DNA from: Psilocybe cubensis
Taxonomy: Eukaryota
DNA: 64,000 nt
Direction: 5' to 3'
Assembly: GCA_017499595.2 (NCBI GenBank)
Contig: CM039001.1
Location: 2,914,001-2,978,000, forward strand
The first letter of the stretch is position 1. Each line of letters begins with the position of its first letter. The translations under genes and the position numbers were made by a program. The notes beneath the pieces are model-generated. The model searched no databases, had not been told where the DNA came from, and was given only the letters and a program-made list of their open reading frames with translations. This document shows, one piece after another, positions 61,079 through 64,000 of this stretch.

Positions 61079-63477
61079 TCAGACATCTTGGTGGAACTTT
61101 GTGATGACGGCCGCAAAAATGTCTATGGCTTTCACGAGGTCGGCGTCCTAGATGTACACGCATCAATAAGCTCCCTATTCGTACAATGCAATTTTGAATT
61201 TATATGAAAGGGACGTACATCTGCATTGCTGAAACTTATGCGGAAATGTCCCGGGTAGGAGGCGGTACTCGCAGTTTTGTCGGCAGCGAACATGTTGCCT
61301 GTGTAGGTGGTACAGATAGATCAGGACAGGTCTGGATGTCATGGAGAAAAAGAGCAGCCTACCTGGACCGATGAGAAGTCCGCCCTCCGCAAGTTTCACC
61401 CATAACTGCATCTCGAGCGATTCTTTAGCTACATCTTTGAATTTCGGGTGGTCCTCGAGATGAAGCTGAAGCTACAAACACAAATAATTTGCACAGTCAG
61501 CTACATCTAAATCCATAAAACAAAAACACAAAATAAAAAAATACGCAAATTGGAAACATACCCAGATGAACATCCCAGATGTCGGAGGCACGAACGAGAA
61601 CAAAGGTTTCCGCGCTGCTGCTCCCGAGCCGCGTTTCTCATCGAGGTACGCGCCCTTGGCGGACGCGATGTATCTGACGGTCCCTGGGAAGAGGTTGTGC
61701 GGCGAGTCGGCGGGGACGACTTCGAGATGGAACTTGGCCAGCAGAGTGTCGATGAAGAAGTTGCGTCTGCGGGTATACTCGGTACCTAGTCCTGTATGGG
61801 TTTTGAGAATCAATAAAGTTAGCTGCTGTTCGGCCGGTTTGGTGGTTTGGTGGTTTACCTTTAAGCCATTGGATGTATCCTTTGTCCTGCCAGGTTTGCA
61901 GCACCTTGCCGATTAGAACCTGGGGTATACGAGGGAAAATAAGTATGTCGTCGTATTGTTGATAAAATATGCATACCTGGGTGAACCCAGAAGGCCCCTG
62001 GGAAGACGTTTCAGCTGCTCGCTCGAGGCGTTCAGCGAATATGGGGTTGCAAGTGAACCAGCCTGCGCGACTGCCAGGCGCGATCGTCTGTCAAATAAGC
62101 GCGGCGAGTTAATTAGGCGCCGGAGAATCGCAGATGAGACTGCGCGCGTACCTTTGAGAATGTATCCAAACGGACGACACGGCCTTGATAGTCGAATCTT
62201 TATTTTTGCTCGAGTCAACGGTTATTTAATTCAAGGTGTACGATCGGGCTCACTTCAAGAAGCTCGGTGCGAGACTGGCGAGATATTGGTCGTCGCTCAT
62301 GTCGGTCTGCTTGAACGTCGAGAATCGCTGCGTCGGGTGAACATACGGACCCTCTTGCAGGAAGTAGTACGGATCATCTTCGACGATGATCACATCTATA
62401 ACGATGTATGATTATAATTAGGCTTTTGAAGGAGCGATCATGGCATCAAATGACGTGAAAGCCTCACGAACCAAACTCGACACATATATTGTAGATCTCC
62501 TGCTTCCGTTCAGCACCCATCGTCTAAGTCGGGCACAGATGATAAGTAAAAATGTCTCTTGCTACCACATGGCCGCGTGCCGCATTTGAAAATAAACTTA
62601 CCGCGCCTGTGGGGTTCTGTCCGACAGGAACGATGTACATTACATGCGGGCTACAGAGAAAAAAAAGAAAGATAACATATATTGAATATGGCATGTACGG
62701 GGAGATAACACAAAGAAAGAAGAGATAGTACCGTGGCATGCCGCGGGCGGCCGCGTCCCAGCCCGCCAGCACCTCGCGGAGGCCCGTGGCGCTCATCCCC
62801 TGCCCGTCCATGCGCACCGGCACCGCGCGCACGCCCTGCGGGTACATCGTCTCCAGCGCGGACGGGTACGTCCAGTCGCTGACGAGCACGCCCTCGCCCG
62901 GGTTGCACAGCGTCGTGACGGCCTTGGACCACCCGTCCGTGTTCCCGACGTGCAGGAGCACGGTCGCGTCTGCGTACGCGGGCTGGAAGACGCGCGTGGT
63001 GAACGCGACAATGGTGGATTGCAGCTGCGGAATGCCGCGGGCGACGCCGTATTGGAGCGCGGTGGCGAGGTTGAGGTCAGTAGGTGTGGAAGGGTATTTG
63101 GGGATGCTTATGGGGATGGTGCTGTCGCTTTCGCTGGAGAAAAGGCTGAGGAGCCAGGATAGGGGTCCACTGCTGCTGCCATGAGAGTCAGGAGTTGAGA
63201 CGAATTTGTCCGAGCTCAAGATGTCTGCTTTGACGGTGTCAAATGGGAAATACTCTGGGCTAGGCAAGCCTTTTGTTGTCTGTATTTCAGCATTGTTAAA
63301 ATGCGTTGATTATGGAGTGTTCTGACCTCCAGCGAGACTTATAATTCCAGGTCGTCCATAATATCTGGCCAAATTCTTGAGCGGAGAGACTGACCGAGCT
63401 CTGGCGAGTGCAGATAAGTGGTGAGAGAGGTCAATAGCCTCTGGGAGCGAAGCAACACCTTTTCGTTCAGGAGACAT
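61079..63477 (-). CDS. PLP-dependent class I aminotransferase (Aro8/TdiD-like aromatic or 2-aminoadipate type)
   Basis: DLSHHLS..SPLK..ISLAGGLPSPEYFPF, LATALQYG, GNTDGWSK, PVGQNPTG, IIVEDDPYYFLQ, RLDTFSK, PTSGMFIW. Confidence 0.9.
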
Positions 63478-64000
63478 GGTTCAGAAAGTGAAGCAAAGCA
63501 AGTGGGCAGTAGGGAAACGAGAAAGATAGCTGCCTTTCTCCCGTCATTACGTGAAAATCACACAGCGCAGTGGGAAATTAGGTAGCAGATAAGGGCGGCA
63601 TGCAGTCGCTAGCCTTTCCGAGACACAGTGTTCAGCTGAGCTGGCCGTTATCTTTTCCCCCTTTATTTTATTTTTACTCGCAGATATTTGTAATGTGATT
63701 TGTGGTTTGACAAATCCAGATGGCATAAGTGACAAGGCAGCAAGTGTGGCAAAGGATGGGAGGGCATCGCAAGTCTGAACATGAAGTTAATGGGAGCCAG
63801 GATGAAGATGCAGATTGATTGTGGTGGTTGGATGTGAACCTGTTATATACAGTGGCGCCTTTTTGTATGAGTTCATCGACGCCATCAATTGCGTGCTTCG
63901 TCTTTCAGATTGACTGCAAATGAATTTGTATGTCATTGCATGCTTTATTATTGCGGTACAACACATCAACATGTAAGTACATTGCCCCATGTTCCCTGCC

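Overview
Eukaryotic fungal DNA, most likely an agaricomycete basidiomycete (short ~50-nt GT-AG introns, basidiomycete-like proteins). Bases 1-15.2 kb are a CpG-depleted nest of DNA transposons. It holds a complete but decayed AcademH-like element (1438-13197; divergent RecQ-like helicase and DUF6589/Academ-type transposase; 9-bp TSD) that carries a 2.9-kb foldback element and a Tc1/mariner, plus a chain of non-autonomous Academ-type elements, each inserted at or beside the previous element's terminus. A gene-dense region follows: RPL29, TFC1, a small unknown gene, PSF3, PKR1, three paralogous MATA-type HMG-box genes, an intact Ty1/copia element with identical LTRs, a MITE, an AlaX editing protein, a RING protein, SEC7, SLA1, SUP35, RTP1/TANGO6, TCA17/TRAPPC2L, DYS1 and a PLP aminotransferase. 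The most interesting structure is a ~3.5-kb inverted duplication (~29.66-33.17 kb and ~37.18-40.71 kb). Each arm pairs an HMG-box gene with a ~770-nt, TATA-preceded, hairpin-rich non-coding unit whose ~700-nt core looks identical in both arms. The unit has a telomere-complementary tract (CAACCCTAA) just after a stem-loop and ends at a 5' splice site, making it an unconfirmed candidate telomerase RNA or other structured ncRNA. All alignments, folds and exon boundaries were done by eye.
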